A DNA stretch of 64,000 bases from the human T2T-CHM13v2.0 reference genome, Homo sapiens: assembly GCF_009914755.1 (NCBI RefSeq), contig NC_060930.1; one strand, given 5' to 3'. The notes under the pieces were generated by a model. The model worked only from the letters and a program-made list of their open reading frames with translations, searched no databases and was not told the origin of the DNA. The translations under genes and the position numbers were made by a program. Shown one piece after another: positions 27,660-40,800 of this stretch (position 1 is its first letter; every line of letters starts with the position of its first letter).

Positions 27660-28500
27660 TTATTTATTTATTTACTTATTTTTTCCTTTTTCTTTCATTT
27701 TTTTAATTATTATTATTATACTTTAAGTTTTAGGGTACATGTGCACAATGTGCAGGTTAGTTACATATGTATACATGTGACATGCTGGTGCGCTGCACCC
27801 ACTAACTCGTCATCTAGCATTAGGTATATCTCCCAATGCTATCCCTCCCCCCTCCCCACACCCCACAACAGTCCCCAGAATGTGATGTTCCCCTTCTTGT
27901 GTCCATGTGTTCTCATTGTTCAATTCCCACCTATGAGTGAGAATATGCGGTGTTTGGTTTTTTGTTCTTGCGATAGTTTACTGAGAATGATGATTTCCAA
28001 CTTCATCCATGTCCCTACAAAGGACATGAACTCATCATTTTTTATGGCTGCATAGTATTCCATGGTGTATATGTGCCACATTTTCTTAATCCAGTCTATC
28101 ATTGTTGGACATTTGGGTCGGTTCCAAGTCTTTGCTATTGTGAACAGTGCCACAATAAACATACGTGTGCATGTGTCTTTATAGCAGCATGATTTATAGT
28201 CCTTTGGGTATATACCCAGTAATGGGATGGCTGGGTCAAATGGTATTTCCAGTTCTAGATCCCTGAGGAATCACCACACTGACTTCCACAATGGTTGAAC
28301 TAGTTTACAGTCCCACCAACAGTATAAAAGTGTTCCTATTTCTCCACATCCTCTCCAGCACCTGTTGTTTCCTGACTTTTTAATGATTGCCATTCTAACT
28401 GGTGTGAGATGATATCTCATTGTGGTTTTGATTTGCATTTCTCTGATGGCCAGTGATGGTGAGCATTTTTTCATGTGTTTTTTGGCTGCATAAATGTCTT
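27660..28500 (-). mobile_element. 5'-truncated young LINE-1 (L1PA2/L1PA3-like), sense to FRK
   Basis: Near-consensus ORF2 C-terminus (ORFs 28271-28474 and 27920-28162) and 3'UTR. It has GAG rather than the L1HS-Ta ACA diagnostic (GATGACGAGTTAGTGGG). A-rich tail at 27660-27720. Confidence 0.92.
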
Positions 28501-29299
28501 ACCTTTTTAAAAAAGGTCTTCTGGAGAGAGGGCTTTAAAGCAAAGAATAGAAAGAATTGCAGGCCCCATGAAAGGACGAAATTAGAATTAGTGAGGCCCC
28601 AGAAGATCTGTCAAAAGATACCACATAGACTGCCATTGCTTCTTTGTTTAGAAAGGTGTAGACATAGCCACACATTGCAGAGGACCAGCTGGATGAAGCT
28701 CTAATTCTGGAATCCAGAAAGTAAATATCTAATTGGCAATATTTGTTATGAAAAGTTATGCTCCCAATTAGCTGAGGTTTTTGGAAAAGATATATTCAGA
28801 TTGAAAAGTAAACAAAAATGTATTGTTTGCTTTCACTTTATTCAAAAAATGACTAAAACTTTATCTTAAAATCTATATATGGAATCTACTCTGTATTTGA
28901 CTATGAAATATTCTATTGAATTTCAGCAGTAAAAGGAAATTCCTGCCACTGATGGTGAAATCATCATGAACTTATACCTAGACCATAAATATGTTTTCAA
29001 ATTAAACAACTCTTTTCCAGATATGATAAAGCTTGAAACCACATTCTTGTCATTTTGACCTTTTACAAAACTAGACTTATTAGAAGACCTAAAAGCACCC
29101 AACATATGTGGTTATATCTTTATTTGTTATAGCCTACTTCTTACCAATGTCCTTCCTATTACTAATATGTGTGTGTTATAATCCTCTGTTAATAATATGA
29201 GTTATCTGTCATTGGTTCCACAATACAGAATAATAAATACTGTTGGGAAAACAAGCTATAGTTCTCTGTTTATGTTGAATCCAAAGTTTGCCATTTACT

Positions 29300-29470
29300 C
29301 ACTGTAAAGGAGTATATTCCATATGTTGCATGGCCTCTGGCCTCAGTTTCCTCATCTGAGTTAAACTGAGATGAGGAAACTCATCTGAGTTAAAAAGGGG
29401 GTAATAATAGTACATTCTTCACAGGGTTATTGCAAAGAGTAAAGTAGAATTGAATGGAAAAAAATTCAGC
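29300..29470 (+). mobile_element. MIR fragment (others at about 10780-10900, 14050-14240, 33040-33230, 53540-53790 and 56900-57130)
   Basis: MIR core CCTCAGTTTCCTCATCTG...GGGGGTAATAATAGTAC. Confidence 0.7.
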
Positions 29471-29502
29471 ACCTTAATATCTCCTTGACATTTCAATTGG
29501 AT

Positions 29503-29563
29503 TCTACCAATAACTCTATAAAAGTAATCTACCAATAACTCTAGAGTAATCTACCAATAACTC
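29503..29563. repeat. Three-copy minisatellite, core TCTACCAATAACTC
   Basis: Copies at 29503, 29528 and 29550. Confidence 0.93.
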
Positions 29564-29927
29564 AATAAAGCACAGAGAACAGGGGCCTTATCTTTCCATA
29601 CTCCTCCCTCCTTCATGACAGTACCCATAGAAGAGGAACTTTGTGTTTCTATAATGCTAAAAGCCATAAAAATATTTTTTAAAAGGAAAGACTCTAGCTA
29701 TATACGCTATGGCTAAGTCTGTCATCCATTTATTCATTTACATAGTTTTGAACTTTAGAATCAAGACTTCTGATTTCAGTTGAGAAGTGTGCAGCAAATA
29801 ATTCTCTAATCAAATTGTACTAATGTAAAAAGCAAGGCAAAACCCTTCAGGATCTCCGGCTAGGCAAAGAGTTCCTAGACGTGACACCAAAAGTATGATT
29901 CATAATAGAAAAACATAAGTTGAACCA

Positions 29928-30015
29928 GGAAGGAAGGAAGGAAGGAAGGAGGGAGGGAGGGAGGGGGGAAGGGAGGAAAGAAGGAAGGAAGGAAGGAAGG
30001 AAGGAAGGAAGGAAA
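29928..30015 (+). repeat. (GGAA)n/(GGGA)n polypurine microsatellite
   Basis: (GGAA)5, a GGGA-rich spacer, then (GGAA)8. Confidence 0.95.
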
Positions 30016-31837
30016 GACACGTGTAACACACCCACCTGCCCACCCACCATTAGGTTTTGTTTTTTTTTTAACTGATGATAAAATGTCAGGGATGTGGATA
30101 AGATGTCTTTCAAGGAGCCAAATTCTTTGGGATCCAAGTTAGAGAGAGCTGGTTGCTTTGTTCACAACAAAAGGCTTTGAGAAGCCAAAAGGTGACTTAC
30201 TAATTCTACAAAGAATTTACCAGAAGGAAGGAAATGTAGCATCAGTGAATGATGCCAGTAACCAACACCTGAAGAAATCATCAGCTGAATACCAAAACGG
30301 GGCAAACTGAATAGTGGAGAAAGATGTGTCAAAATTGGGCATGGAATAAGGTATAAAGTAGGGAAGAGATGATAAGGAATTTATAATAAATCTCTGAAGT
30401 ATTGGCTATTGCTTTATGTATAACTTGTCATGTTCCTGCAGGAATAGGATCAGGTCTTAAAGAGTTGCCTGTGGGCCATCCTAAACTGTTAAATGCATTA
30501 GGAATGATGTGTTAGATGTGTTGGAAAACTGTTAGATGAATTCAAAGTAATTGTTACTAATTACTTCACAAAGTGATTTTGAGGGCTAATGAGAGAGCAT
30601 ATTTAAATCATCCAACAATGTTCAAACTGCTATTCTTTAACATGAAATAACTTCCTCCCATCATACTACTAGAACAAAACAAAAACATAGTCGCAAATAA
30701 ACAGCCTTAACAGAAAAGAGACAAGACAGCATAATTTTTTAAACTGTCAAATAGGTTGACAGAAGAAAATACTTATAATAGTGAATATAAGTGGCCTAAA
30801 TGCTCCCATCAAGTCATAGAATTTAAGACTGGTTTAAAAAATCGAATCTGAGTGTATATTTCTTATCAAGTCACCAAAGGTGAAAAGATACAGAAATTAT
30901 CAAAGTACAGTGTCAGATAAATTTTTTTCAATTTAACTTTTTAAAAACTAGGCACAACAATGTAAATTTAGAAAAATTGGAGTTTGGAGTTTTTCTAAAA
31001 TCATCAAATTATAAAAGGTCATTATAACTGATAATTCATAATTCACAAATAGTTAATACGCACAAAATAGGATAAATAAAAATAGCATAAAGTAAGAACT
31101 ATTCAAAAGTAAAAGGGAAAGAAGAACATTTGTAATCCAGTCCTATAGGTCTACAACAGATTCAATAAACAAAAATTATAAAAGGGCTTAAAGAAGAAAA
31201 AATAATATGATTAGAAAAATCATTATAAAAGACATTAAAAGAAAAATGCAAAATGAAACATGAGCTTTGAGTTTAAAAAAAAAAAGGCTGATATATAGGA
31301 GTGGACAGGACAGTCAGAGATGCTGGCCAAAGGGAAGGGAGGAACTGTTCAGAGACAAAGTCAGGGTTCAGAGGAGAAGCTATCCAGTATCTACAGGAAA
31401 AGAAAACTGAGTCATTAAAATGCTCATAATAAGTGCCTATATGGTAGGTAGAAACTGACTCCTTTTACTGCACAGTCAACACTCAATAAAATACACCACT
31501 TCTGATACCAGATGTGTAGGAGGTTTTCCCCACACACCAAGCATTTCACCAGCAGACACCAACTGGGTTTTCTGCAATTTAACTCAGTTTTGATGTTAAC
31601 TGGTTATACTGTCACAAAACCCTTATCACTACTCAGTACCATCAGTATTTTTTCTGACAGGAAATCACAATTTATTTTTAAAAATTTCCTATACTAATAA
31701 ATTTAAATTTTCTACATATGTTCCTTGACTAATTGCATTTTTATCTAATAAAATTTCAGTCTTTTGATTATTTAAAAACTGGATGTTTTTTTCTTAACAT
31801 AGGGTGTGGACTCCATCAAAAGAAAACATTCATTCAG

Positions 31838-32292
31838 TGTGTTAGTCAGCTAGCACTGCTGTAACAAAGCACTACAAATGGGTTAGCTTAGCAGGAATGT
31901 ATCTTCTTCCTACAGCTCTCAAGGTTACAAGTCTGAGGCCAACATGTCAGCATGTTAGCTCCTTCTGCGGTCAGTGAGGGAAAATCTGTTCCATGGCTCT
32001 CTCCTAGCTTCTGGTGTTTTGTTGGCAGTCTTTGGCATCCCTTAATTTGTAGATACATCACTCCAATCTCTGCCTCACATTCACATAGCATTCTTCCTGT
32101 GTGTATGTCTGAGTCTCCAAATTTCCCCTTTATATAAGTACATATTAGGGCTCCATCCTATGCCCGTATGGTCTCCTCCTAACTAACTAGATCTGCAATG
32201 TCTCTATTCCAAATCAGGTCACATTCTGAGGGTAAAGGCGGTTGGGGACTTCCACATAAAGACTTTGGGGGGACATACTTCAACTCATATCA
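31838..32292 (-). mobile_element. MLT1C-like solo MaLR LTR
   Basis: TG...CA termini with a perfect 5-bp TSD TTCAG (31833-31837 / 32293-32297). Confidence 0.85.
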
Positions 32293-32439
32293 TTCAGTAA
32301 TTCACTTATCAATATATTTAGGCAGAGAACATTTATGTCATGAATCCTACAATGCTTAGCCTTATGTTGTCATTGGAAGGAAAGAGGAAACTTCCAGTTC
32401 CTGCCCTCACTGAGCAGACAGTTGAGATGTGGGACCTGC

Positions 32440-32815
32440 CATTCTGTTTTGCTCACTCTGCTCCAGCCACACCAAGCTCCTCCATGTTCCTGGGCACAGT
32501 TAGCAAGCTCCTTCCTCAGGGACTTTTCACCTTCTCTTTCCTCTGCCTGGAACGCTCTTCACTAGATCCTTCAATTCACCACCTCTGTGAGATCTTCCCT
32601 AACTATCCCATTTAAAATAGTGACACCACTCATCTCACACTGCTTATTTCTCCTTCTAATTTTCTCAAAAATGCTTCTCATCTTCTAATATAGTCTATAA
32701 CTTACTTCTTTGTTTTGTTTATTTTCTGCCTCCCCACTAGAATTAAACAACTTGAGAATAGGGATTTTTGTCTGTTTTGTACACTGCTGTAACCCCAGGG
32801 CCTAAAATCATGCTC
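32440..32815 (+). mobile_element. L2 fragment (others at about 1030-2210, 22560-22740 and 56420-56860)
   Basis: CTCTGCTCCAGCCACAC...CCTCTGCCTGGAACGCTCTT...CTCCCCACTAGAA, L2 3' motifs. Confidence 0.65.
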
Positions 32816-33554
32816 AGATAATGATGATGCAATGGATTAAGTGCTATGAGAGATACTACAGCCTTAAGGTTTAAGTTCAATAATCTCTTATTTATTTTAT
32901 ACATATTTATTGAGCACCTACCTATTTAGGTACTGCTTGTGTAGTAGTGAGTCATACCAAATTCACTTTCATTTTTTTATTCTCTCTTTGCTCTTCAGAA
33001 TAAAAGCTTCCTAAATCATCAATTTAATTCAGTATTGTTCTATTGCATAAAGTAAGGGCCAGGCACCGTGCAAATTATTTACATTAACTATTCATCTATT
33101 CTACAGAACAACCCTATAAGGGAAGCACTCTTACAATCACTTCCTACACAAGGAAACTGAGATGTTTTAAGCCTTTTCTGAGGTCAAATTAGCAAGCCAC
33201 AGTGCTAGAATGCAAATCCAGATCTATCAGTCACCCCTTTTCCATCTGAAGGTCCTTTCATTCATCATCATCTATCTAAAAATCAAAATACTCTGATATT
33301 GTGCCCTTAATCCCTTTTTTAACCTGATTTTTAAGGAAAATTTTTTCCAATTATTTTGTATTTTTGTTTGTTTTAGTTTAACTTTATTAATTCCAGATCC
33401 TATTTATTTTCTAGCCATCTCAGAAAGTACTGTATAAATTCTTACTCTTTGAAATTGAATTTCTTCATGGCCTACAATGATCAGTTTTTATTTATGAACC
33501 ACAGACCCCTCGGAAGAAGGTATAATCCATATTTGTGTGGTACAGAGTTGGTAT

Positions 33555-34380
33555 CTGAAACAGGTGTTTTCCTGGCCTCATAGTAGAACAGAGTTTGAGA
33601 TTATAATGAGCCAGCCACTCCACAATTCAGACCCTCTCAATTTCTTTTTGATCCTTAGTCAGGGACAGAGGTAAGGGAGAGAGGATGATCCCTCAGGTGT
33701 CCCATAAAATGCTAATTCCCTTGGTCCAGTGTGCCTGACCACTCGTGGTTTTGCCAACTTACTTTGGGGAATCCGAGAACTCAGCCAAAATCATTTCCCA
33801 AATATTAAAATAAAATATGCACCTAGCGCTCCTATCACTCAGAAAATGATAAGAGTTTTAGGAGCTCTCTGGCACAAAGCTCCTAATCCTTTGGAATTTC
33901 CTGGGTGATAGGAGCATCTTTTGTTCTAATGGGGTAACACATGGTGGGCTTCTGAATCAGGGCTGGTCACCAGAAAGAACAAGCCATGAGGAGGGAAGAG
34001 CTGGAGATCTAATAATTGATCATACCCACGTGATAAACCCTCCATAAAAAAGAACATGTGGATGTGTCTGGAGGGTAGTGCATTTGGGGAGGGTGTGGAA
34101 ACCCTTCATTGCTTTCCCCATACCTCACCCTGTGAATCTCTTTCATCAGGCTGTTCATCTGTATCCTTTACAATATCCTTTGGAATACATTGGTAAACGT
34201 GTTTCCCTGAGTTCTGTGAGCCATTTGAGCAAACTAATCAAACCCCAAGAGTGGGTCATGGGAAGCACCCAATTTATAGCTAGTTGGTCAGAAGCAAAGG
34301 TCACAACCTGGGGATTGTAGCTGGTATCTGCAGTAGAGGACACTCCTGTGGGACTAAGCCCTTAAGCTGTGCAGTCAGTA
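33555..34380 (+). mobile_element. MER21-like LTR
   Basis: GGGCTGGTCACCAGAAAG...GTTTCCCTGAGTTCTGTGAGCC...GGTCAGAAG...GTGGGACTAAGCCC motifs. Confidence 0.7.
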
Positions 34381-37300
34381 GGATCCTTTACAAACATATT
34401 TGGCAATAAGCAGTAAGAGCCTTAAATCATTCATTGTTTGGCTCAGTAACTCAGATTCTTGGACTCTATCCTTAAAAAAATCGTGCAAAACATGGAAAAA
34501 TCTTTATATGGGAAGAAATTTGTTGCTATGCTATTCAAACATTAGAAAAATAAAAAGTGTAAGAAAGTCTAAATGCTAACTGTTAAGATGAGGGTTAAAT
34601 TATGATTAATTCACTGACAGAAATATGAAAATTAGAAAAATTAAGCTGAAGACTTGGTAGCACCTTAAAATGCATAGAAGTAAAAAAGTGGAATATGTAC
34701 ACTGATTACTTTCATGCAGAAAACATAAGCACATGAAAACTAAGATATTTTACTTTTGTATAATAAATTTGTTATACATATATCACCTGAAAAATATATT
34801 TTAGTAACATTCAAAAATGTCATTATAACATAACATATTACTTTGTGCCAAAAATACTTCAGTGAATTTCAGAGAGGAGGAAAATCACATCTAGCTCTAA
34901 TGGTTGAGAAGAGATGTAATGCAGGAAGTTAGATTTAAAGTGGATATTGAACAATTTGGATGGCAGAGAAATGAGTACACATTCACAACAATACTTTTAA
35001 TTTATGTTCCAAACTCCACATCACCCCAATTTGGAGTAAGAAATCAACTCAATGGATCTGTGTACATCTAAGCCAATCAGAATTAGAGTCCATGGACTCC
35101 CACAAAGCCATGTGACCCCAAGTCTGACATCAAAATTACATCAAGATCAGCTAGAAATAGATTCAGTTAGGTTTCTTTCAATTTGTTTCTTAAAAGATGA
35201 AAGTGTTATAAAAATACACCATGTCTTGGTTATCTTTAACCAATTTATCTATGAAATATGAAACAGCAGATTAGGAATAAAATTTATTTTGAGAAACAAT
35301 ATGATCATTCACATGAAAACTGTCCCAAACTCTCAGATATTTTTAAATTCCTAAAAGATTTTCCCAGACTTACAATTATTTCTCATTACTTCATTCTAAC
35401 AGACTGTCACCATAATTCTGACATTATAACTAAATTCATATCCAAAATATACACAAGAGGAAGCTGTAGAAAAATTTCCAACATAAGGTTCCTTCCTAAT
35501 AAAATGAATCCCTCATTGTATTCTAAGGCCTACAGGGTCAGGAACTGTGTATCATTTCTCAGATTCATCCACATATGGAGCACATGGAAGACAATAAATT
35601 TTTTCTGAGAAGATCAACACAGGTAAAAATCATAAAGTGAAAGACTAATAGGCAATATTATAGAAATATTTTTAAAATTTTGTGTAGCAAAAAAACATAA
35701 TAAAAGTCAAAAGGCAAGCTAAAACTGAAAAACATTATCTGCAACACATGAGAAAAAAGAGATGCTTTTCTTACAATGTTCTCTTACATGTAAATGAGAA
35801 AAGATTGACATTTAAGATAAAAAGAGGCAAACATGCAGCCTATCCCCAACACCACGATATCCTAAGGAAGGAGTGATCATTACAGAATAAGTATAGAGAA
35901 AAAAAATCAAGATTCACATGGCAGGTTTAATAAGTTTGCTTAATAATACAGAATTTGAAGAGAAATCTTTAACAAACATGTGGTGTATTGATGAATGTGC
36001 ATAATCCACTCAGCATTGTTATTACAATCCATGTTTAAACACTTTACATTGTTAATTAATGTTGGTTAATATTGGAAGTTCTGTTAATTACAACTAAAAT
36101 GTCAAGTAGCATTACTGCAAATACATATTCATTTATATTTCATGGCCATGTTTAATTTCTTGAGGGAGGGAGAAACATCTTTGAGATGCAGAGAGTAATT
36201 TTATGTAATAGCACCGCAGAATTGATTCACATTGTTTTTCCATGTTTACAGCTTTTTTGGGGTGTGTATATATTGCATTCAATTCATTAAAAAAATTCTT
36301 CTTTGCAGACATAAATAATGGAATTCATGCCTGTGATAAGCAAAAAAATAAAAATAAAAATTTTTAAATTATGGAAATAAGAGAAAAGCAAATGCAATCA
36401 AGGGTTGTGAAATGCCTAGGACTGAAATCTAGAAATCTGTTTATTAATAACGTAGCCTTTTGTTGTCATTTTTAGAAATACTAGAGACTATTTTCACCTC
36501 TCAGATTGTCCCTTCTTGCACTCAGCATACTTGAGCAAGAAAGACTGTGTTCTCCAGACTCTATGATGGATCACAGGCAGCCAGTTATTAATAAGATCAA
36601 TTTGAACTGCCAGGCAGAGATGAAACATCAGCACAAGCTAATTAAAAGGTTACATTTCAATTCAAATATCTAAGTAAGAATAATAGTCATTACCACAATA
36701 TCAATAGACTTTAAAACTGGCTATGTTTACCAATATCCTCAGGATAAATGTACACATACATGGACCAAAAAAGACACTTTCCCTTTAATATAAAAATAAA
36801 TTACTTAGGGATAATTTGTCCTAAGCCCATAGATCAGTGGTTCAGGATAGAGCAAGGTATTACATCTATGAGACCAGTTCTTCAGCTTTTAAATTCTAAT
36901 TGAGCCAGTTATTTTTCTCTTTATTTTGTACAAATTTATTGAACAATAAATTTTAAAATCTAGGCTCTAAACAAATTTTATAAAATCATTTTTCAACTAG
37001 GTGTCTACTTTTCTGCCTCATAAAAGTCCTGTGGCAGAAGTGGAAGAAGCCAAGGAAAAAGAAATGAGGAATTAAGTCAGAGAAGTGATGGTGTAAATGA
37101 GAGATAATTAGGGCCTTGAAAGGCCCTGCAAGGAGACTCAGAAGTCAACTCTAAGTCAGAGAGAAAACTGCTGGAGGATTTTGAACAGAGAAGTAATTTT
37201 AATTTTTTGGCATTTTAATGGGGTCACTCTGCCTGCTGGGTTGAGCATAGACTGTATTTAAGGTAAGGGTTACATCACAGAGGCCAGTTAGGAAACTATC

Positions 37301-37549
37301 ACTCTAAGCCAGATTGAAAGTTCAAGGTAGGTTGGACCAGATGGGGACAGGAGCTGGTGAGAGATGGTTCATTTGTGGACACTGCTGAAGGAAGAGGCAA
37401 AGCAATGTGTCTGGAAATGAGGTATGAAAAGAAAATGGAAATCAGAACGATTCCAAGGTATTCGGCCTGAGCAAATGGAGGATATTTGCTGTTGACAGAG
37501 CTGGGGTAACCTTTGCGGGGCCAGGTCATGGGATGAATGCTCCTGCATT

Positions 37550-37835
37550 CATGGGATGAACAGAGGTTGTTTACTGGGTAAAAACATACAGTTAGACAGA
37601 AGGAATAAGTTATAATGTTTAATAGTACAGCATGATGTCTATACTTAACAGTAATTGCATATTTCAAAATACCTAGAAGAGAGAATTTGGAATGCTCCCA
37701 ACACGGAGAATTGATCAGTGTTTGAGGTGATGGATATCCCAATTACCCCGACTTGATCATTATATATTGTATGCATGAATCAAAATATCACATGTACACC
37801 ATAAATATGTATAATTATTATGTATCAAAAATAAT
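37550..37835 (+). mobile_element. L1MA 3' end inserted in an L2 fossil (L2 spans about 37040-38000)
   Basis: GTTAGACAGAAGGAATAAG...TTTGAGGTGATGGATATCCCAATTACCC...ATCACATGTACACCATAAATATG. Confidence 0.75.
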
Positions 37836-40800
37836 GTAGATAACTAAAATGAGGACTAAGAGCTGACCAACAAGTATTACGATATGGAATTTCCTTGGTG
37901 ACTTTTGATAAGAGCAGCTTCCCAGAGTAGTAAGAAGAATAGTCTAACTGCAGTGTGTTCAAGAGAGAATGAGTCAGCAAAATTCAGATTGTGGGAAATT
38001 CCACAGGCAAAGGAAATAAATTGCAAGGAAACTAACGCAGAGAGAAGATCCATATTAAACAAGATTAAAAGAGACAAATCAATTATAACAAATGGACTTT
38101 ATGTGGACTCACAAGCAACCACAAGACATACCCACAAAAATCTGGATTCAAATAAACCATAAAAAACAAACTATAAAACTGTGAGAAGTTTTACCCTGGA
38201 TACTTGGTAATATTAGGGTTATTTTATTTTTTAGGAGAGATTATTTTATAATTATGTTTGTTCATTAAGAGTATTTCATGTATTTTAGATATACTTACAA
38301 AATTATTTACAGATAGAATTATATGATGCCTAGGATTTGCTTCAAAATAACACCATAGTGGATGGAAATTGGGTGGGAAGAAGAAATATTAATATAAGGA
38401 TGAGATAAGATTGCCATATGTTGAGAATTGTTGAAGTTGAGTAATGGTACCTAGTGGTACTGTTCTCTATCCTTTTTATATGTTTGAACTTTTTTATAAT
38501 AAAAATTTTAAAATTGTGGTGTGGGGGATCAGAGAGAGAAGAAAAAAATAGGACCCTGAGTATAGGCAACTTTTTCAGAGTTTTGCTATATAGTAGAGAT
38601 TCGTGTGCAGTAATCAGAGGGGAAGTAGAGTCAAGCGTTGTTTTTAAGAGTTAAGAATACTGATTTTGTTTGCTGCTGCTTGGCCTTCCAAGAAGAACTT
38701 AGTCCTGACAAATGATTTAATTCTTTACTAATGAGAATTTAAGTTATAGTGGTGACCTCAAGAGAGGTCAAAAATTGTTCTAAGAAATCAGTACACAAAT
38801 ATCCAATTTCAGTTGACCTCACAGGATGCTTAAGGATCATCCACATTATAACATTTCTAACAGTCTTATTCTTTTCCAATATAACTACAACCATTACTCA
38901 CATCTACATATCCATCAAAAACACACATTCAGAAACTCTCTACGTAATAACATTGAATGAAAATTCTGTTTCAAAGTTATAGTCTGCTAATATAACTCAC
39001 TAGCAAAGTATTAGCACATGACAGCTAGTAAATTTGGATTAAATATAACCAATGCCCAAATCAAAAAATGAAGAAGCAAGGAAAATTGTCATACGCTGTA
39101 TGTAGCTATTCCTTAAAATCAAACTATCAACTCATTGGCTTATTAGTAGAATTAATTCTTAAACGTTTTCCTTAATCACTACTGCACTCACTTTTTTTTC
39201 AACATTGCTGGCTAACAAGTACTCAGTTGTTGCAACAACTACCCGTAAATAAATAGCGAGCAGGTGAATATCTGTTTCTATGGTTTCTATTTACAGTAGA
39301 GAGAGATTGTTTGACACTTGCTACTTTCCTTTTATAATAGAAATTTAAGTATTACCTTCTCCCTATTCTTATCCTTCTTTTCCTCCATCCTGTAATGCTA
39401 TCTATTTTCTTTCTCTTCATCTGGCTCTCTTTCTCAATCACCATTACCTCTAAGTTCCATTAAAAGTGATTTAATTTCAGTTTTCCATTCTAGGAAAAAT
39501 GTCTGGACAGAAAAGGAACAAGCAGTGGGAGAGCTGCCTGCACTTTTTTTAAAAATAAGTTTCAGCAAATATACTTTGCTTCTTAAACTAGATCAGCAAC
39601 TTAAGAAGAAATGACAGAGTTTCCTTCTTTGCTTAGACAAAGCCTCTTTCTATGACAAATCTTCGAGTAACAGGGATAGTTCCCTCCACCTCCATCTTTC
39701 AGCAGTGTCTGATATCTGTTTGATAAGATAAGCTTCAGGAATGCAGTGAGCCAATTACTTGGGTTGCCCTCAGCAAATATACTTACTTACTGCTGGATCA
39801 AACTAAAACATTCATTACTTATACCCCTATTTCTATACATGGTACAAAATTACAGCAAACAAAAGTTGGTAAAATATAATGTTACATTGATAACAGAAAA
39901 CATGAGTTTGAAAAATAATTTGGGATCATTTTTCTCATAATACCCTCTGTACAAAATTGAATCACCCAAGTGTGCTCAATGACCTGTCAGTGTACAATGA
40001 TGCAATAGAAATGGTAAAACAAAATCCTTTATATCATCCCAAAACTGTTGAGCAAAGATTCCTGAGAGATAGTCTTCCCTTGCTTTTGAGAAAATTAGCT
40101 TCTGGGAAGTGACTTTCAAAGTCAAACAAGGTGGTAATATTCTTTTGAAAAGGAAAAAAATAATACTTTATTCATTAAATAAGTAAAATAACGTTACAAC
40201 ATAGATATCAATGTACTTAACTGTAAATTAAATGTACAGATATGTTGAGCAAATTAAATGAGCACTGTCCTATGTCAACATTGGAACTGTGCAGAAACAT
40301 ATGAACCTTCTCTAATCCAAGTTCAATTATGTATTCCTTTAACTCCTCAAAAAGCAATTTCATATTCTACATGTGAGCATGCCAAGAGAAAAAAAGTTAC
40401 TTTTAGTATTATTAACATAGTATTTCTTTGAATATTAAGTCAGCAAATAACACATATTTCATGTTTGTCCTAATGGAGAATGTCAGGCACACCCAAATGT
40501 ATCACTGCTTTCTTTGTAGACTTTCTGAATCACTCAGCCAAGCAAAGCTGTTAACTTACTCTAATACCCTACAGAAGCCTTTGGTTTTACCACCTTTAAA
40601 ATGCCTGTACAGCCAATTTCCCATTAGCAAATATAAAAGATTTTTTATATTACTATTAAGTTGCTTTAACAAATTTAATTTTAGGTCCCTGAAGTCTCTT
40701 ACTTGGTTCCACTGCCTGTACAACAGGTGTTCGTATTTTTGTGCATTGCTTTCTTTTTACATTAAGAAAGATAAACAACACCAAAGTGTAATAGATAATT

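Noticed and set aside
29503-29563. CRISPR-like repeat-spacer array
   Set aside because: Eukaryotic intron, 14-bp core, spacers of 8-11 nt that are related to each other, and no cas genes; this is a simple tandem repeat.
35052-35608. 69-aa and 116-aa ORFs in AT-rich unique sequence (also 5396-5764, 40428-40826 and 62935-63366)
   Set aside because: No domain similarity, low-complexity composition, no supporting exon structure, and lengths within chance expectation.
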